This document shows, piece by piece, positions 39,953-51,085 of a stretch of 64,000 nucleotides of DNA. The notes beneath the pieces are model-generated. The model saw only the letters and a list, made by a program, of their open reading frames with translations, searched no databases and was not told the DNA's origin. The stretch comes from Ostreococcus lucimarinus. Taxonomy: Eukaryota. Location: assembly GCA_000092065.1 (NCBI GenBank), contig CP000585.1. The stretch is one strand, 5' to 3'. Position 1 is the first letter of the stretch, and the number at the start of each line of letters is the position of its first letter. The translations under genes were made by a program, and so were the position numbers.

Positions 39953-42900
39953 CTAATTTTTTTTCCCAAACTTTGCTTGCAAAGCCGCGAGACTCGAGGC
40001 AGACGAATCAGTCGCGGGCGTTGCTGGTTTTGAGTCTGATGGCGTGGCGCTGGGCAAAAAGCTTTGTTTTTTGCCCTTCTTCTTCTTTGACACCGTCTTC
40101 TTGCCCGTGCTCGCCGACCCACTGATTTCCACGGTGTGCGCTGGAGCCAATATTCTCTGTGCTCCAGCTTGAACGGTGAGCAAACCATCTTCGTCGTCGA
40201 TGACTTTGCCTCGGAACCCCGACTTTTTGACGACGACGACGTCTCCGACGGTGGCTTGCATATCATCCTCTGAGAGCTCAAAGTCTCCGAAGGAGCTTTT
40301 CGTGTTCCCAGTCGGGGTCGGTTTTGACACGCGAGCAGACGATGCGAGTAAGTCATCTGCGCGTCTTGCGGCTTGGGATGCGCCACGAACCTTTTTAATC
40401 TTCATCTTTGGCGGCGCCGTGGTCGCAACGAAGGCCTGCGACACGTCTTCGAGGCCCACCTTCACTTGCATGATCCCAGCCTGAACTGTCACCGTCGATC
40501 CGTCAACGGAAACAACTTTACCGCTCATGCCTGTCGACGCTATTTTCACATCTTCTCCGGAGGAAGGAATCCAGTTCGCGAGAAGTGCATCCTGCTCCGC
40601 TTTCAGTTGCTCCTCTGCCTCTCTCGCCAATCGCGCGGCGCGCTCGCGATCCGTCTCACCCGACGCTGCTGCGGAAATCTTGGACGGTGCGATGGCGTTT
40701 TTCTGCTTTTCTACTCTCGCTACTTCCGCAACTCGTGCCTTCGCATCTCGCATCATTGTCATTACCGTACTCGCTTGCGCATATGCGGCAGCCTCTCTCG
40801 CAGAGCGAATGAAGCCCATCGCGTTTTCGACTCGTGGCAAAGTGGCATCGATTTCATCAAGCATACCGATTGCGGTCGCAATATCCGCGTCTGCATCGCG
40901 GCGTGCGGTTTCAAGTTTAGATATTGTATCATCTAAGCTCACCAAACCTTCTCCAAGTAATTCTCGAGCTTCGTGAACGACGTCCGCATCCAATTTATAT
41001 CTCGTAGCGATTTGCAGCGCGCTTGAACGCCCGGGCACTCCCCACAAGAGCTTGTAAGTCGGTCGTAAGTCCGCTTCATCGAATTCGACAGCAGCGTTTT
41101 CGAACTCCTCGTGTTCGTACTTGAGCGCTTTCAACTGCCCGTGATGCGTCGTCGCAAAAGTGAGGCAAGCGCCCAGTTGGCCGGGAATAATTCCAGCGAG
41201 CGCTTTGAGCAACGCATAACCAATCGCGGCGCCTTCGGCTGGTGACGTGCCCGTACCGACCTCGTCCATCAACACGAGTGATTCTGGCGTGCTCTGCTCG
41301 AGAATTGCTTGAGCTCGAGTGAGACGCCCACTAAAAGTACTGAGACTCGTCAAAAGGCTTTGATCGTCACCGATATCCACGAGCACCTTGTCAAAGAATG
41401 GAATGACGGCGCGCTCTGCAGGGATGAATATCCCGGATTTCGCCATGAGCGCGGCGAGGCCTACGGCCTTCATCGCCGCTGTTTTACCACCAGTGTTTGG
41501 ACCTGTAATGACGACGACCTTTGTTCGCTTAGATGCGAAAATATCTACAGGAATAGGTCCCTTAAGCTTTGGCGCGCCATCTTCTTCGACTTCGTCAAAA
41601 TCGTCAAAGAAATCATCAAAAATAGCATCTTTCGTGGTTGAAGATTTGATGGACCCTCGCGTCGCGACTTTGTACCCCGTTGAACTACTGCCTCGTGAAT
41701 TTTGCGACTCCACGGCTTCTGCAGCGGCCTGGCGCCTCTCCGCGGCGGCTTCGATGGCTTGAGATGCCAATACGGGCTGTCGCAAACCGACAAGCTCGAG
41801 GAGTAAAGAAGATTTTTCTATCGGTGGTTTCTTCGTCTGTTCTCGCGCTTCATCGAATCCTTCGTCGTCTTGCTCTTCAATGTCCTCATCTTCATCTTCA
41901 TCTTCATCTTCATAAGCTTCGTAGAAGCCGTCATCGTCATCAGCAAAGACAGAAAACTCGGGGCGCACACCGTTGAGAGCTTGACTGTATCTGCACTTGG
42001 CCGCGATGACGTCCAACTTGATGACGATTTCTAAACACGCGAACAACTCCTCCACCACGAGCGCGATATCGTTCGATAGTTCGCGCTTGATGGCGTCTAT
42101 CGCACTCTTTTCCGCGTCCACAGCTTGTGCTAGCTCTCTATTCAACGTCACAATCCCCGGTGGCTCGATGAGCACAAGCGCGCCGCCAGCCATCGTACCG
42201 ACGACGAGCACGTCAGGCGGCGCCGGCGCCGGGATAGCGAGCACCATACGACCTTGGTGCGTTGTTGGCGTTCCTTTTCCTTGCATTGCCTTCTTAAGCT
42301 TTCCTTCCGCCGCTCCCTTTTGCGCTCGCGCGCGACGCAGTTCCGGACTCGCATTGTCGCGAAATTCGCCCGTCTCCTCCACCGCGCCTCGAATCTTCTC
42401 CGCTAGTTCGGAGTGCGTGATCATCTCGCCCGAAATCGCACGCAACGGTACCAAGGCCCGCGGTCGTCGCCCACTCTCCGTCACGCCTTCTATGGATGTC
42501 TTCAATCTCTTCGCGCTCTCCAAGAACGCCGCCGTCGCCGCGAGTTCGTCCCCGCCCAGCGGCGACCCTTGCCTCGTTTTATAAAATCCTCGTCGCACCT
42601 CCGCCGTGAGCATGCCTCCGAACTCGAGCGATACGCCGTGTTTACTCTCCATCGCCATCGCCGCTTCGGTCTCATCCAGCGCCTTCCGCGCCTCTCTCGA
42701 CGTCGTCGACGCCTCCAGCGTCTCGCACGCCGCCTTCCCCAGCGCCGTCGACGCGCGCTTCGCCAAGAACATTCGCGCGTCGTCCCATCCCGCCGAAGCT
42801 AGCGACTTTTCCAGCAAGTCTCGTCGCACCGCGTCCGCGTCCTTCCGCGACGGCCCGAACGACGCTTTCCGCGCCGACGTCACGACCGCGCCGGCCGAGT

Positions 42901-43105
42901 CCGAGTCGTCTTCTTTATCCGCGTCCGCGCGCGCGCGCGTCGCCGCGCCGCGCGTTCGACGCCCGACGCGCGTCGTCGCGCGACCTCCGTCGACGCGCGC
43001 GCGCGGCGCGACGACGCGTCCCGATGCCGTCGCCATCGCGGCGTCGCGCTGTGTCGGCTTCACATCGCCATCTCTGCGTGCGCTCGATGACGCCACCGTC
43101 CTCAC
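39953..43105 (-). CDS. MutS2-like protein (MutS domain V ATPase plus C-terminal KOW-like region, no obvious Smr), 1050 aa
   Basis: Walker A ITGPNTGGKTAAMKAVGLAALMAKSG, MutS signature region LVLMDEVGTGTSPAEGAAIGYALLKAL, and C-terminal GDVVVVKKSGFRGKVID (KOW-like). Transit-peptide-like N-terminus. Confidence 0.75.
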   Translation of the reverse strand: MRTVASSSARRDGDVKPTQRDAAMATASGRVVAPRARVDGGRATTRVGRRTRGAATRARADADKEDDSDSAGAVVTSARKASFGPSRKDADAVRRDLLEKSLASAGWDDARMFLAKRASTALGKAACETLEASTTSREARKALDETEAAMAMESKHGVSLEFGGMLTAEVRRGFYKTRQGSPLGGDELAATAAFLESAKRLKTSIEGVTESGRRPRALVPLRAISGEMITHSELAEKIRGAVEETGEFRDNASPELRRARAQKGAAEGKLKKAMQGKGTPTTHQGRMVLAIPAPAPPDVLVVGTMAGGALVLIEPPGIVTLNRELAQAVDAEKSAIDAIKRELSNDIALVVEELFACLEIVIKLDVIAAKCRYSQALNGVRPEFSVFADDDDGFYEAYEDEDEDEDEDIEEQDDEGFDEAREQTKKPPIEKSSLLLELVGLRQPVLASQAIEAAAERRQAAAEAVESQNSRGSSSTGYKVATRGSIKSSTTKDAIFDDFFDDFDEVEEDGAPKLKGPIPVDIFASKRTKVVVITGPNTGGKTAAMKAVGLAALMAKSGIFIPAERAVIPFFDKVLVDIGDDQSLLTSLSTFSGRLTRAQAILEQSTPESLVLMDEVGTGTSPAEGAAIGYALLKALAGIIPGQLGACLTFATTHHGQLKALKYEHEEFENAAVEFDEADLRPTYKLLWGVPGRSSALQIATRYKLDADVVHEARELLGEGLVSLDDTISKLETARRDADADIATAIGMLDEIDATLPRVENAMGFIRSAREAAAYAQASTVMTMMRDAKARVAEVARVEKQKNAIAPSKISAAASGETDRERAARLAREAEEQLKAEQDALLANWIPSSGEDVKIASTGMSGKVVSVDGSTVTVQAGIMQVKVGLEDVSQAFVATTAPPKMKIKKVRGASQAARRADDLLASSARVSKPTPTGNTKSSFGDFELSEDDMQATVGDVVVVKKSGFRGKVIDDEDGLLTVQAGAQRILAPAHTVEISGSASTGKKTVSKKKKGKKQSFLPSATPSDSKPATPATDSSASSLAALQAKFGKKN

Positions 43106-43155
43106 TGACGCGCGCGATGCCGGACGAGCGCCCCGCGAGCGCGGGCACGCACGCG

Positions 43156-43542
43156 ATGACGAGCGCGCAGGCGTCGTCGCGGATCGTCGTGCGACCCGGG
43201 TACTCGCAGATGGATTGGTTGCGACGCACCAAGCGCGAGCGCGTGGACGGCGGTGACGCGGACGCGAAACCGCTGGACGCGTCGCGCGTGATCTCGCTCG
43301 AGGAGCTCGCGACGCACGCGACGGTGAATGATTGTTGGATCGGGTTGCGCGGGAAGGTGTATAACTTGACGGCGTACGTGGAGTATCACCCGGGCGGCGC
43401 GGCGGTGCTGGAGGAGGCGTTCGGGAAGGACGCCACGGCGCTGTTCGACAAGTATCACAAGTACGTGAATGGGGAGTACATCATGCGAGCGACGCGCGTG
43501 GGGGTGATGCCGGGATACGTGGGCGATAGCGACAGCGATTAG
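43156..43542 (+). CDS. Cytochrome b5-like heme-binding domain protein
   Basis: ISLEELATHATVNDCWIGLRGKVYNLTAYVEYHPGGAAVLEEAFGKDATALFDKYH contains the HPGG heme-binding motif. The track ORF begins at 43024 but overlaps the MutS2 start on the opposite strand. In-frame Mets at 43117 and 43156 are alternatives. Confidence 0.65.
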   Translation: MTSAQASSRIVVRPGYSQMDWLRRTKRERVDGGDADAKPLDASRVISLEELATHATVNDCWIGLRGKVYNLTAYVEYHPGGAAVLEEAFGKDATALFDKYHKYVNGEYIMRATRVGVMPGYVGDSDSD

Positions 43543-43644
43543 CGGACGAATTGATGAAGTGTACAGTAGACTAATTTATTTAATTCTCAGACTCGGGCGA
43601 CGGCGCGTCGCGCGCGCGCGCCGCGTCGGCGCGCCGTGGTTTCA

Positions 43645-44130
43645 TCATCGCCCGCGCTGATCTTTGGGTAAGTACACGTCGTCGTGGAGTGCTTTGTCGT
43701 ACGCGTCGATGCGCGGAAGTCGCGCGAGGTCCTCGCGGTCACCAGCTAAATAGTAATACGCCTCCTCTGTCGCGCGCGGTTCCTCGCGGCGCTCCACCTC
43801 TATTGTTTCTCGCGTATACATGCCGGTCGACACCTCCTCGAGTTCGTCCAAAAGTGTCAACGTGTCATCGTCGACGGAATACAGTTCGCCGTCGATCACG
43901 CGCGCGTCATCCGTCGTCGATTTGACGAGGTATGGATACCCAGCGTCGGCCAGGAGCATCACGTGCTGCGCGCGTTTCGTGCGCACTTCACCCATGAAGC
44001 GCGCGTTGCCGCGCTCGAGAAGGCGATGGTTGTACAAGCCTCGCTTGAGCGTGCCGTAGACGAACACGTTGTGCGCGCCCGAGGTCGACGGCGACATGCG
44101 AGGCGAGAGATGAAGACGCGTCGCGTCCAA
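43645..44130 (-). CDS. Gamma-glutamylcyclotransferase / AIG2-like fold protein, 161 aa
   Basis: N-terminal VFVYGTLKRGLYNHRLL with a downstream catalytic Glu context (GELYSVDDDTLTLLDELEEV), typical of the GGCT/GGACT family. Confidence 0.7.
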   Translation of the reverse strand: MDATRLHLSPRMSPSTSGAHNVFVYGTLKRGLYNHRLLERGNARFMGEVRTKRAQHVMLLADAGYPYLVKSTTDDARVIDGELYSVDDDTLTLLDELEEVSTGMYTRETIEVERREEPRATEEAYYYLAGDREDLARLPRIDAYDKALHDDVYLPKDQRGR

Positions 44131-44177
44131 CTACTTTTACAAGTCGTCTTTGCTTACTTTTCAATTACAATTTCTCT

Positions 44178-45141
44178 TCACTTTCTCTTTAAGAGCTTGA
44201 TTGCGTTCATATACGCCGGTGTTGTCGGCGGTTGCACCGGTTTTAGTCTGACTTTGGTGTCATCCAACGCATAGCTCTGATCGGCGTCGTATCCCGACAA
44301 ATCGCCGCACGCCAAAAACGGCACGAGCACATTGTTCGGCCAGGACTTGGTTCCCACGGCCGCGCCCTCGTCTCCAGCGGCGTGAGACGTCGCACGCGCT
44401 TCTAAAATACGAGTCAATTGATGTGGTTCGAATCCCTCTGGAGGGGAGTAACCCTGACACACTATGAATGCTTCTGCGAGCGGTGCAAAACGAGACATGG
44501 TTAGTTTCTCCAAAACGTGCGCGCGGCTCCATCATCGTCGTACCTATGCTAGAATTCCGGCTACTTTTCGGCTTGGCGCACGTGACTTCGGGGAAGAAAA
44601 TTTTCAGTTGTGAGTAGAGCAAACTGATGTCTTTCCCCCGAAATATCTTCGCTATGAACGTTCCGCCTGGTTTCAATATGTGCGTCGCCACCGTCAAGCC
44701 GGCGAGTATGAGCTGCGCCTGCATAAACTCATCCAAATCGTGCAAACCCGTGACGTCGGGCGCTCCATCGCCGACGATCAAATCCGCGTGTTTCCCATCG
44801 AAATGCGACAGGACCTCGCGCACTTTGTCCATCGACGTGATATCGCCCTGTATCGTCGTCACGCCCTCGATCGGCGCCATCGGTTGCAAGTCGATGGCGA
44901 CAATCTTCGGCAGCTCTTCCTCCTCGACCCCTCGCGCCAACGCGGGTAGGTACAACTTTCGACTCAAAACCTGCGACCACGACCCGGGCGCCGCGCACAG
45001 ATCCACGACGTGTCGCACGTCTCGAAAAATATCGAACGACTCGTCAATTTGCAGCAACTTGAACGCCGACCTCGCGCGCCATCCCTCCTCTTTCGCCTTG
45101 CGGTAGTATATATCGCGCTTATCCTTGCTCGACTTCCCCAT
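44178..45141 (-). CDS. FTSJ1: tRNA 2'-O-ribose methyltransferase FTSJ1/TRM7, two exons (45141..44544 and 44473..44178) joined by a 70-bp GT-AG intron
   Basis: [60 protein letters not shown] is nearly collinear with human FTSJ1. Exon 1 ends ...[12 protein letters not shown]. After removing gtacgacg...ctcgcag the frame continues [18 protein letters not shown]... to the conserved C-terminus. Confidence 0.88.
44474..44543 (-). other. Spliceosomal intron (70 nt, GT...AG, phase 1) in FTSJ1
   Basis: Donor ATAG|GTACGA and acceptor CTCGCAG|AAGC. Removal restores the conserved FTSJ1 motif [15 protein letters not shown]. Confidence 0.8.
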
Positions 45142-45173
45142 CGCGCGCGCCGCGCCGCGCGCGATCGATCGGT

Positions 45174-45205
<32 letters not shown>

Positions 45206-45431
45206 TGGCGTAAAAGCGTCGCCGCCGCCGCCGACGGCGCGACGCGACTCGGCAGAGGACGACGCGCGCGATCGACGCACGGACCGCGCGCGCGCGAGCG
45301 AGGGAACCGCGCGATCGGTAATCGTCCGCGCGGTGCGCGACGGTCGAAGCGCACGCGACGCGCGCGAGGAGGCGCGGGGACGACCGCGTCGATTGCGACT
45401 CGACCGAGTGGTGCCATCGAACGCGCGCGCG
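45142..45431. promoter_or_regulatory. Putative bidirectional promoter shared by head-to-head FTSJ1 (-) and NAT10 (+)
   Basis: A 290-bp GC-rich spacer between the two divergent start codons. Inference only. Confidence 0.35.
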
Positions 45432-48392
45432 ATGCGGAAGAAAGTGGACGCGCGCATACGCACGCTCGTGGAGAATGGGGTGAAGAACAACGAACGCACG
45501 ATGTTCGTGCTCGTGGGCGATCGAGGACGAGATCAAATCGTCAACTTGCATTACATGCTGAGTAAAGCGGTGGTGAAGTCGAGGCCGAACGTGCTGTGGT
45601 GCTATAAGAAGGATTTGTACCTGTCTTCGCATAAAAAGAAACGAGCGAAACAGATCAAGAAGATGCAAAACTCTGGCTTGATGGATTCGGAGAACGAGGA
45701 TCCGTTCTCACTGTTCGTGGCGTCGACGAATATTCGGTACTGTTATTACGCGGATACGCAGAAAATTTTGGGGAACACGTACGGGATGGCAGTGTTGCAA
45801 GATTTCGAGGCGCTGACACCGAACTTACTGGCACGAACGATCGAGACCGTGGAGGGTGGAGGGTTGATTGTGCTGCTGTTGTCGAACATGGAAAGCTTGA
45901 CGCAGCTGTATAACATGACGATGGACGTGCACTCGCGTTTTCGCACAGAGGGCCACCAAGACGTGGTCGCTAGATTTAATGAGCGATTCACGTTGAGTTT
46001 AGGGGCGTGTCAGACGTGCATCATGATGGATGATGAGTTGAATATTTTGCCAACGAGTTCGCATATTAGAGGCATAGAACCAGTTGAAGAAAAGCATGCG
46101 GGAGAGGCCCAAGAGCTTACCGATCTGAAGGAGAGCATGGAGGAAGTTGAGCCGGCTGGCCCGCTTGTGAAGTGCTGTAAGACTATGGATCAAGCCAAAG
46201 CAGTGGTGACGTTTCTCGACGCTGCGAGTGAGAAGACCCTCCGATCAACAGTTGCGCTCACCGCCGCGCGCGGTCGCGGTAAATCTGCTGCCATGGGTAT
46301 AGCTGTCGCAGGAGCCGTCGAAATGGGTTATGCAAACATTTTTGTCACTTCTCCCAGTCCTGAAAACTTGAAGACATTCTTTGAATTCATTCTCAAAGGC
46401 TTCGATGCGCTTGGATACAAAGAGCACTTGGATTACGATCTCGTAGAGTCCACCAACCCCGCGTTTGGAAAGTGTATTGTGCGTGTCAACGTCACGAGAC
46501 GTCATCGACAAACGATTCAGTACATTTTGCCTCAACACGCAGAGCGTGCGACGCAAGCCGAGTTACTCGTCATCGATGAAGCAGCCGCCATTCCGCTGCC
46601 TACGGTAAAAGCGTTGCTCGGGCCGTATCTCGTGTTCCTTTGTTCTACAATCAACGGTTACGAAGGCACAGGGAGGGCGTTGAGCATCAAACTCATCGGT
46701 AATTTGCGAAGGGAAGCGGCAACGTCACAACAGGCGAACAAGGATGGGAAGCTGGCGACAGGTGGATCTCGATTGCTCAGAGAAGTAGCTCTTGCTGAAC
46801 CTGTTCGTTACGCTGCTGGAGATAGGATCGAAAAATGGTTGAATGATTTGTTGTGTCTCGATGCGGCGGATGCATTAACGCCGCTCATCCACGCGCTGCC
46901 TCCGCCCAGTGCATGCGAACTTTATGAGGTGTCGCGTGATACCTTATTCAGTGCGCACGCCGCAAGCGAGCAGTTCTTAAAGAAAATGATGGCACTATAT
47001 GTTTCTAGTCACTACCGCAACACGCCGAACGATTTGCAGCTCATGTCTGATGCGCCGGCTCACCGCCTCTTTGTTCTCTTGGCGCCGGTGGATGAAACAC
47101 GAAACATGTTGCCAGAGATTCTTTGCGTCATTCAGGTAGCTTTAGAGGGTGCGATCTCGCAGAAGAGTGCGCACGCAACACTGGCTGCGGGGTTATCTCC
47201 ACAAGGTGACCTCATTCCGTGGACCATGGCATCGCAATTTCAGGATGAAGGCTTTCCTTCCTTCACGGGGGTGCGCATTGTTCGCATCGCCGTGCATCCG
47301 GACTTGCCTCGTCAAGGTTACGGTTCTCGTGCGTTGCAGCTCATCCACGATTATTACGAAGGAAAATTGGCTGATTTACGCGAAGAAGAAGTGTCGAACA
47401 TCGACGCCAAGACGAATACTGAGCACTGGCAGCACACAGGCAAGCTCACAGAGGAGACACTCAAGCCTCGCGAGAATTTGCCGCCGCTTTTGACAAACCT
47501 CTCAGAGCGCAAGCCAGAGAGGGTGAACTGGATCGGCACCGCATTCGGACTCACGTCCGAACTTTACAGCTACTGGAGCAAGGGTGGCTATAAGCCTGTG
47601 TACCTGAGACAAACGTCAAGCGAGACTACGGGCGAACACTCGTGCATCATGTTACGCCCTTGCTTTCCAGTTGGCGAGGAGGAAAGCCCGGATGGTCACT
47701 GGGTGGATGCGTTCTACGAAGATTTCCGCGTGAGATTCACTTCTTTGATGGGATCTGCTTTTAGAGACCTTGCTCCAGGTCTATGTTTGTCTTTGATGGC
47801 GCCAAAGCTAAACTGGGACGAAAAACAAGGCGCGGGGCGCGACTCCGTCTTGAAGGCGGACAATGAGATTTTGAGCCCGCACGATTTACGACGCATCCAG
47901 AAATACTCAGCCGCTTTGGTGGACCATCATTTGATTGGTGATTTGGTCCCCCCACTCGCGCGCGCATACTTTGCAAAACGCATTCCCGTGACGCTTTCGT
48001 ACACGCAAGCTGTGATTTTGCTCATCCTTGGTCTGCAACTGAAGACCATCGACGACGGAATGAAAACTTTGGACTTGCCCGGACAACAAATAATGGCATT
48101 ATTCAACAAAGCTATTCGTCGGATACACGGCTCACTTCTCAAGGCACGCGAAGCCGATATCGAGAACTCGCTGCGTTCTGTGAGTATGCCAGATTTGAGA
48201 CCCCATGCGGTTGGATTAGATGAAGAATTAGATGAAGGGTACGTCGACTTCAACTTTTTTTCGCGTTCGCCCGACTCGTGTCTCGCTCCAAAGATGATGG
48301 AAGTGATCGAAAACAATATAGTTCCAGAATTTCACGCTCTTTGGCGCCACCGTTTAGGCGGGGTTATAAGTCATAGAGTTCTATGTTGGTAA
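45432..48392 (+). CDS. NAT10: RNA cytidine acetyltransferase NAT10/Kre33, about 986 aa
   Basis: [62 protein letters not shown] is collinear with the human NAT10 N-terminus. The helicase-like GRGKSAA Walker A and the GNAT acetyltransferase region follow. The track ORF starts at 45333 with an Arg-rich leader. Confidence 0.9.
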   Translation: MRKKVDARIRTLVENGVKNNERTMFVLVGDRGRDQIVNLHYMLSKAVVKSRPNVLWCYKKDLYLSSHKKKRAKQIKKMQNSGLMDSENEDPFSLFVASTNIRYCYYADTQKILGNTYGMAVLQDFEALTPNLLARTIETVEGGGLIVLLLSNMESLTQLYNMTMDVHSRFRTEGHQDVVARFNERFTLSLGACQTCIMMDDELNILPTSSHIRGIEPVEEKHAGEAQELTDLKESMEEVEPAGPLVKCCKTMDQAKAVVTFLDAASEKTLRSTVALTAARGRGKSAAMGIAVAGAVEMGYANIFVTSPSPENLKTFFEFILKGFDALGYKEHLDYDLVESTNPAFGKCIVRVNVTRRHRQTIQYILPQHAERATQAELLVIDEAAAIPLPTVKALLGPYLVFLCSTINGYEGTGRALSIKLIGNLRREAATSQQANKDGKLATGGSRLLREVALAEPVRYAAGDRIEKWLNDLLCLDAADALTPLIHALPPPSACELYEVSRDTLFSAHAASEQFLKKMMALYVSSHYRNTPNDLQLMSDAPAHRLFVLLAPVDETRNMLPEILCVIQVALEGAISQKSAHATLAAGLSPQGDLIPWTMASQFQDEGFPSFTGVRIVRIAVHPDLPRQGYGSRALQLIHDYYEGKLADLREEEVSNIDAKTNTEHWQHTGKLTEETLKPRENLPPLLTNLSERKPERVNWIGTAFGLTSELYSYWSKGGYKPVYLRQTSSETTGEHSCIMLRPCFPVGEEESPDGHWVDAFYEDFRVRFTSLMGSAFRDLAPGLCLSLMAPKLNWDEKQGAGRDSVLKADNEILSPHDLRRIQKYSAALVDHHLIGDLVPPLARAYFAKRIPVTLSYTQAVILLILGLQLKTIDDGMKTLDLPGQQIMALFNKAIRRIHGSLLKAREADIENSLRSVSMPDLRPHAVGLDEELDEGYVDFNFFSRSPDSCLAPKMMEVIENNIVPEFHALWRHRLGGVISHRVLCW

Positions 48393-48523
48393 CTAAGCTC
48401 AACAGGCCTGATCCATCACTTTGGAGCGCACTTCAAGACTGGAGACGACCGAGCAAGGCGATGACCGCACGACTGACCTAACATTACTTTTTTGATGACA
48501 GTGCCGCCGCGGTGAACGCCGAA

Positions 48524-49023
48524 ATGGCCGCCAAGCGTAAAGAACTCTTAGAGGTGCGTCCTTTTCGCGACCCACTCGTGCGCGATACCACCTCGTTCGG
48601 CGATGACGAATCGAATATCAACCAGGTAGCAGAACATCTCCATGTTGAGAAAAATATCGCTGCGTTCTTACCGAGCCGAGCGAGGTGGTTTCTGCGCGAA
48701 TCGGTTTCTCGCGACGCGGTCGTAATTCAAACACTGACCCCGAACTGTTTTTATCACTTTAATAGGATGCTGCACTCGAGCGATTCGCCATCGCTGGTAC
48801 GGACGAAGAGTGGGCCGGTGCTCTGAAAGGCGCGGCCAATCGCTCCAACAAACTGCTTAGCGTGAAGAGAAAAGCCGGTTCCAAGGACAAACACGCGTTC
48901 ACGCCGTCGAAGCCAAACACCGACAAGTCTTCCGAAGTCAAGGATAACAAGAGCGAAAAGAAGCACAAGAAGGATAAAAAGTTCAAAAAAGCGTCATCTT
49001 CCAAACGCTTGAAAGGAACGTGA
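48524..49023 (+). CDS. Small Lys-rich protein (about 119 aa), predicted 2 exons (48524..48625, 48766..49023) with a 140-nt GT-AG intron
   Basis: Exon 1 encodes MAAKRKELLEVRPFRDPLVRDTTSFGDDESNINQ. Donor CAG|GTAGCA, with a pyrimidine-rich tract TTTTATCACTTTAATAG at the acceptor. Exon 2 continues in frame to a KKHKKDKKFKK tail. Not supported by homology. Confidence 0.35.
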
Positions 49024-49089
49024 GACAGGACGAGATTTTAATACGTAGAAACCCGTTCAGAAACACGCCACTTCGCGCCGTGAGTCATC

Positions 49090-49713
49090 ATGTTACGCAT
49101 GGCGACGCTCGCCTTATCCGTCGTCGCCAGTACCGCGAATCGCGCGAGTGCTTTTCGATCGTCACCGACGCCGCTCGTCGTCCGCGCGCGCCGATGCGTC
49201 GCATCGCCGCGACTAAACGTCGGATACAGTTGCGACGGACCGAAGGCGTTGCACGGAGACGACGACGCGGGAGCCGTACAGTGGGAGGTGCACGAAGTGA
49301 AAGGGGACGGTCGATGCTTGTTTCGTTCAGTTTCTGTCGCACGGGCGCTGTCAAAGAGCGGTCGACGTCAGAGTGAAGTCGACGAGCTTGCGAGCGCCGA
49401 CGAATTGCGCGCAGCGGCGGTAAATGAGCTCCTCGAACGACGCGAGGAGACAGAGTGGTTCATCGAAGGCGATTTCGATGATTACGTCGCGCGCATGCAG
49501 CAGCCGATGGCGTGGGGAGGTGAACCAGAGATTATTATGCTCACGCATGTGCTCGCGAGCCCGATAAGCGTGTATATGGCCGAAGGCGTGGGCATGCGTT
49601 CCATAGGGGTGTACGGCGAAGACTATGCGGATAGCGCTCAGTACGACGATTTGGCGGTGTTGTTCCATGGCGCTGGACATTACGAGGCGCTTCGCGTGTT
49701 CGGGAGGGCGTGA
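49090..49713 (+). CDS. OTU-domain cysteine protease (deubiquitinase-like) with organellar-targeting-like N-terminus, 207 aa
   Basis: Catalytic Cys context VKGDGRCLFRSV, variable loop, then His context AVLFHGAGHYEAL. The N-terminal 45 aa are hydrophobic, Arg/Ser-rich and transit-peptide-like. Confidence 0.8.
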   Translation: MLRMATLALSVVASTANRASAFRSSPTPLVVRARRCVASPRLNVGYSCDGPKALHGDDDAGAVQWEVHEVKGDGRCLFRSVSVARALSKSGRRQSEVDELASADELRAAAVNELLERREETEWFIEGDFDDYVARMQQPMAWGGEPEIIMLTHVLASPISVYMAEGVGMRSIGVYGEDYADSAQYDDLAVLFHGAGHYEALRVFGRA

Positions 49714-49781
49714 TGCGATGGATTGTCGAAACGCATCTTTTCGCGCCAAAGGTGAATGTTGAATGTTTGTAATACTGTTAT

Positions 49782-51008
49782 CTAAACCGTGACTTTGTCG
49801 CACGGCACGCAGAATGACTTTTGAATGTCGGTCAACTTTGAACGATCTCGCGCGCAACAAGATTTCGAGCACGCGCCGACGCTTTCTTCTCCCATCATGA
49901 ACACGGGATTGCGCTCGCACTCGTGACCTTGCGCCCAGACGGGGCACAATTCTGTTTCATCCGTGCAAGTCGGCGTTTTAGCCGTGCCAGTTTCGAACGG
50001 ATTTTCGTGAATCCACTTCGTCGCTGTGTATTTCGTGCCCCCAAGCGTCGGACACGACGCGTGATTGGCGAATGGATCATTCGTACCGTTGATGTGAAAC
50101 GAAAAGAACAACACGGCTTCGCCTTTCTTCGGTATCACGCTGAAACCGTTTCCATCGTTCCAACCACACTCGCTCAGCTTATCTTTGTTTGCTAAAAATG
50201 CTGCTTTTGTCTCCGGGAGCGGCGTTCCTTGTGGAAAAGACGTCTCACCACCGGATGTTGGCTCTCGTAGAAACATCAACACCGTCGCGATGCGCTTGCC
50301 TCCGTTCTCACTAATAATCCCATCGTGATGCGCCACGTATTCTTGTCCATCCCGATATCTCAGTAACTGTAACTGTTCTTGATGCTCCCACGGAATTCCA
50401 CTGTATTTAGCCACGCGATCTTCCACCCTTTGCAGCGTCTCTGTCAACCGCCGCGTCACAAACGTCCCAAACGACGTGCGCGCCGTCGACACCGCCCCCG
50501 ACTCATCGGAGTTCACCACCGTCGATCGCTCTAATTTTTTCTCCCCGAGCTCGATCAAATGCTCACACTCTTCGTCGCTGAGAAAGTTTTTAAGCAAAAA
50601 CACCCTCGGCGACCAGCTCAGCGTCTCCACTACTTTCGACCTTTCGACGTCGTCTTCGTCGCCGCCGCCGCCGCTCGTGCTCGTCCGCGGCGCTTCTTCC
50701 CCGGACGTCGTCGTCGTCGTCGCGAACGTCGTCATCGACGACGACGACGACGCATCGTCGTCATCGACGCTCGCGCGTCCCGCACCGGCGCCGTCCGCGA
50801 CGTCCGGCGCGGGCGGTCGCGCGACTTCGCCGAGCCATCCGATGAGACGCTGGTCATCGTCGACGACGACGTCCCCGTCATCCGCGCGACCGCGCGACGC
50901 GAGCGCGGCGATGACGCACGCGACGAGCGCCGCGCCACCGATCCGTCGCGCGCGTCGTCCGCTCGCGCGCGTCGTTCGCATCGTCGCGCTCTGCGGTGTC
51001 GACATCAA
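49782..51008 (-). CDS. Prolyl 4-hydroxylase alpha-subunit-like 2OG-Fe(II) oxygenase with C-terminal ShK domain, type II membrane anchor, 408 aa
   Basis: VFLLKNFLSDEECEHLIELG, HxD...H iron-binding context (AHHDG), and a C-terminal 6-Cys ShK-like module (CTDETELCPVWAQGHECERNPVFMMGEESVGACSKSCCARDRSKLTD). N-terminal hydrophobic anchor. Confidence 0.85.
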   Translation of the reverse strand: MMSTPQSATMRTTRASGRRARRIGGAALVACVIAALASRGRADDGDVVVDDDQRLIGWLGEVARPPAPDVADGAGAGRASVDDDDASSSSSMTTFATTTTTSGEEAPRTSTSGGGGDEDDVERSKVVETLSWSPRVFLLKNFLSDEECEHLIELGEKKLERSTVVNSDESGAVSTARTSFGTFVTRRLTETLQRVEDRVAKYSGIPWEHQEQLQLLRYRDGQEYVAHHDGIISENGGKRIATVLMFLREPTSGGETSFPQGTPLPETKAAFLANKDKLSECGWNDGNGFSVIPKKGEAVLFFSFHINGTNDPFANHASCPTLGGTKYTATKWIHENPFETGTAKTPTCTDETELCPVWAQGHECERNPVFMMGEESVGACSKSCCARDRSKLTDIQKSFCVPCDKVTV

Positions 51009-51085
51009 TCAATCAATCAAATCAATCAGTCATTCATTCATCATCGCGTCGTCGAGCCGCTCGGGACACCGACGCGCGCGGATCG

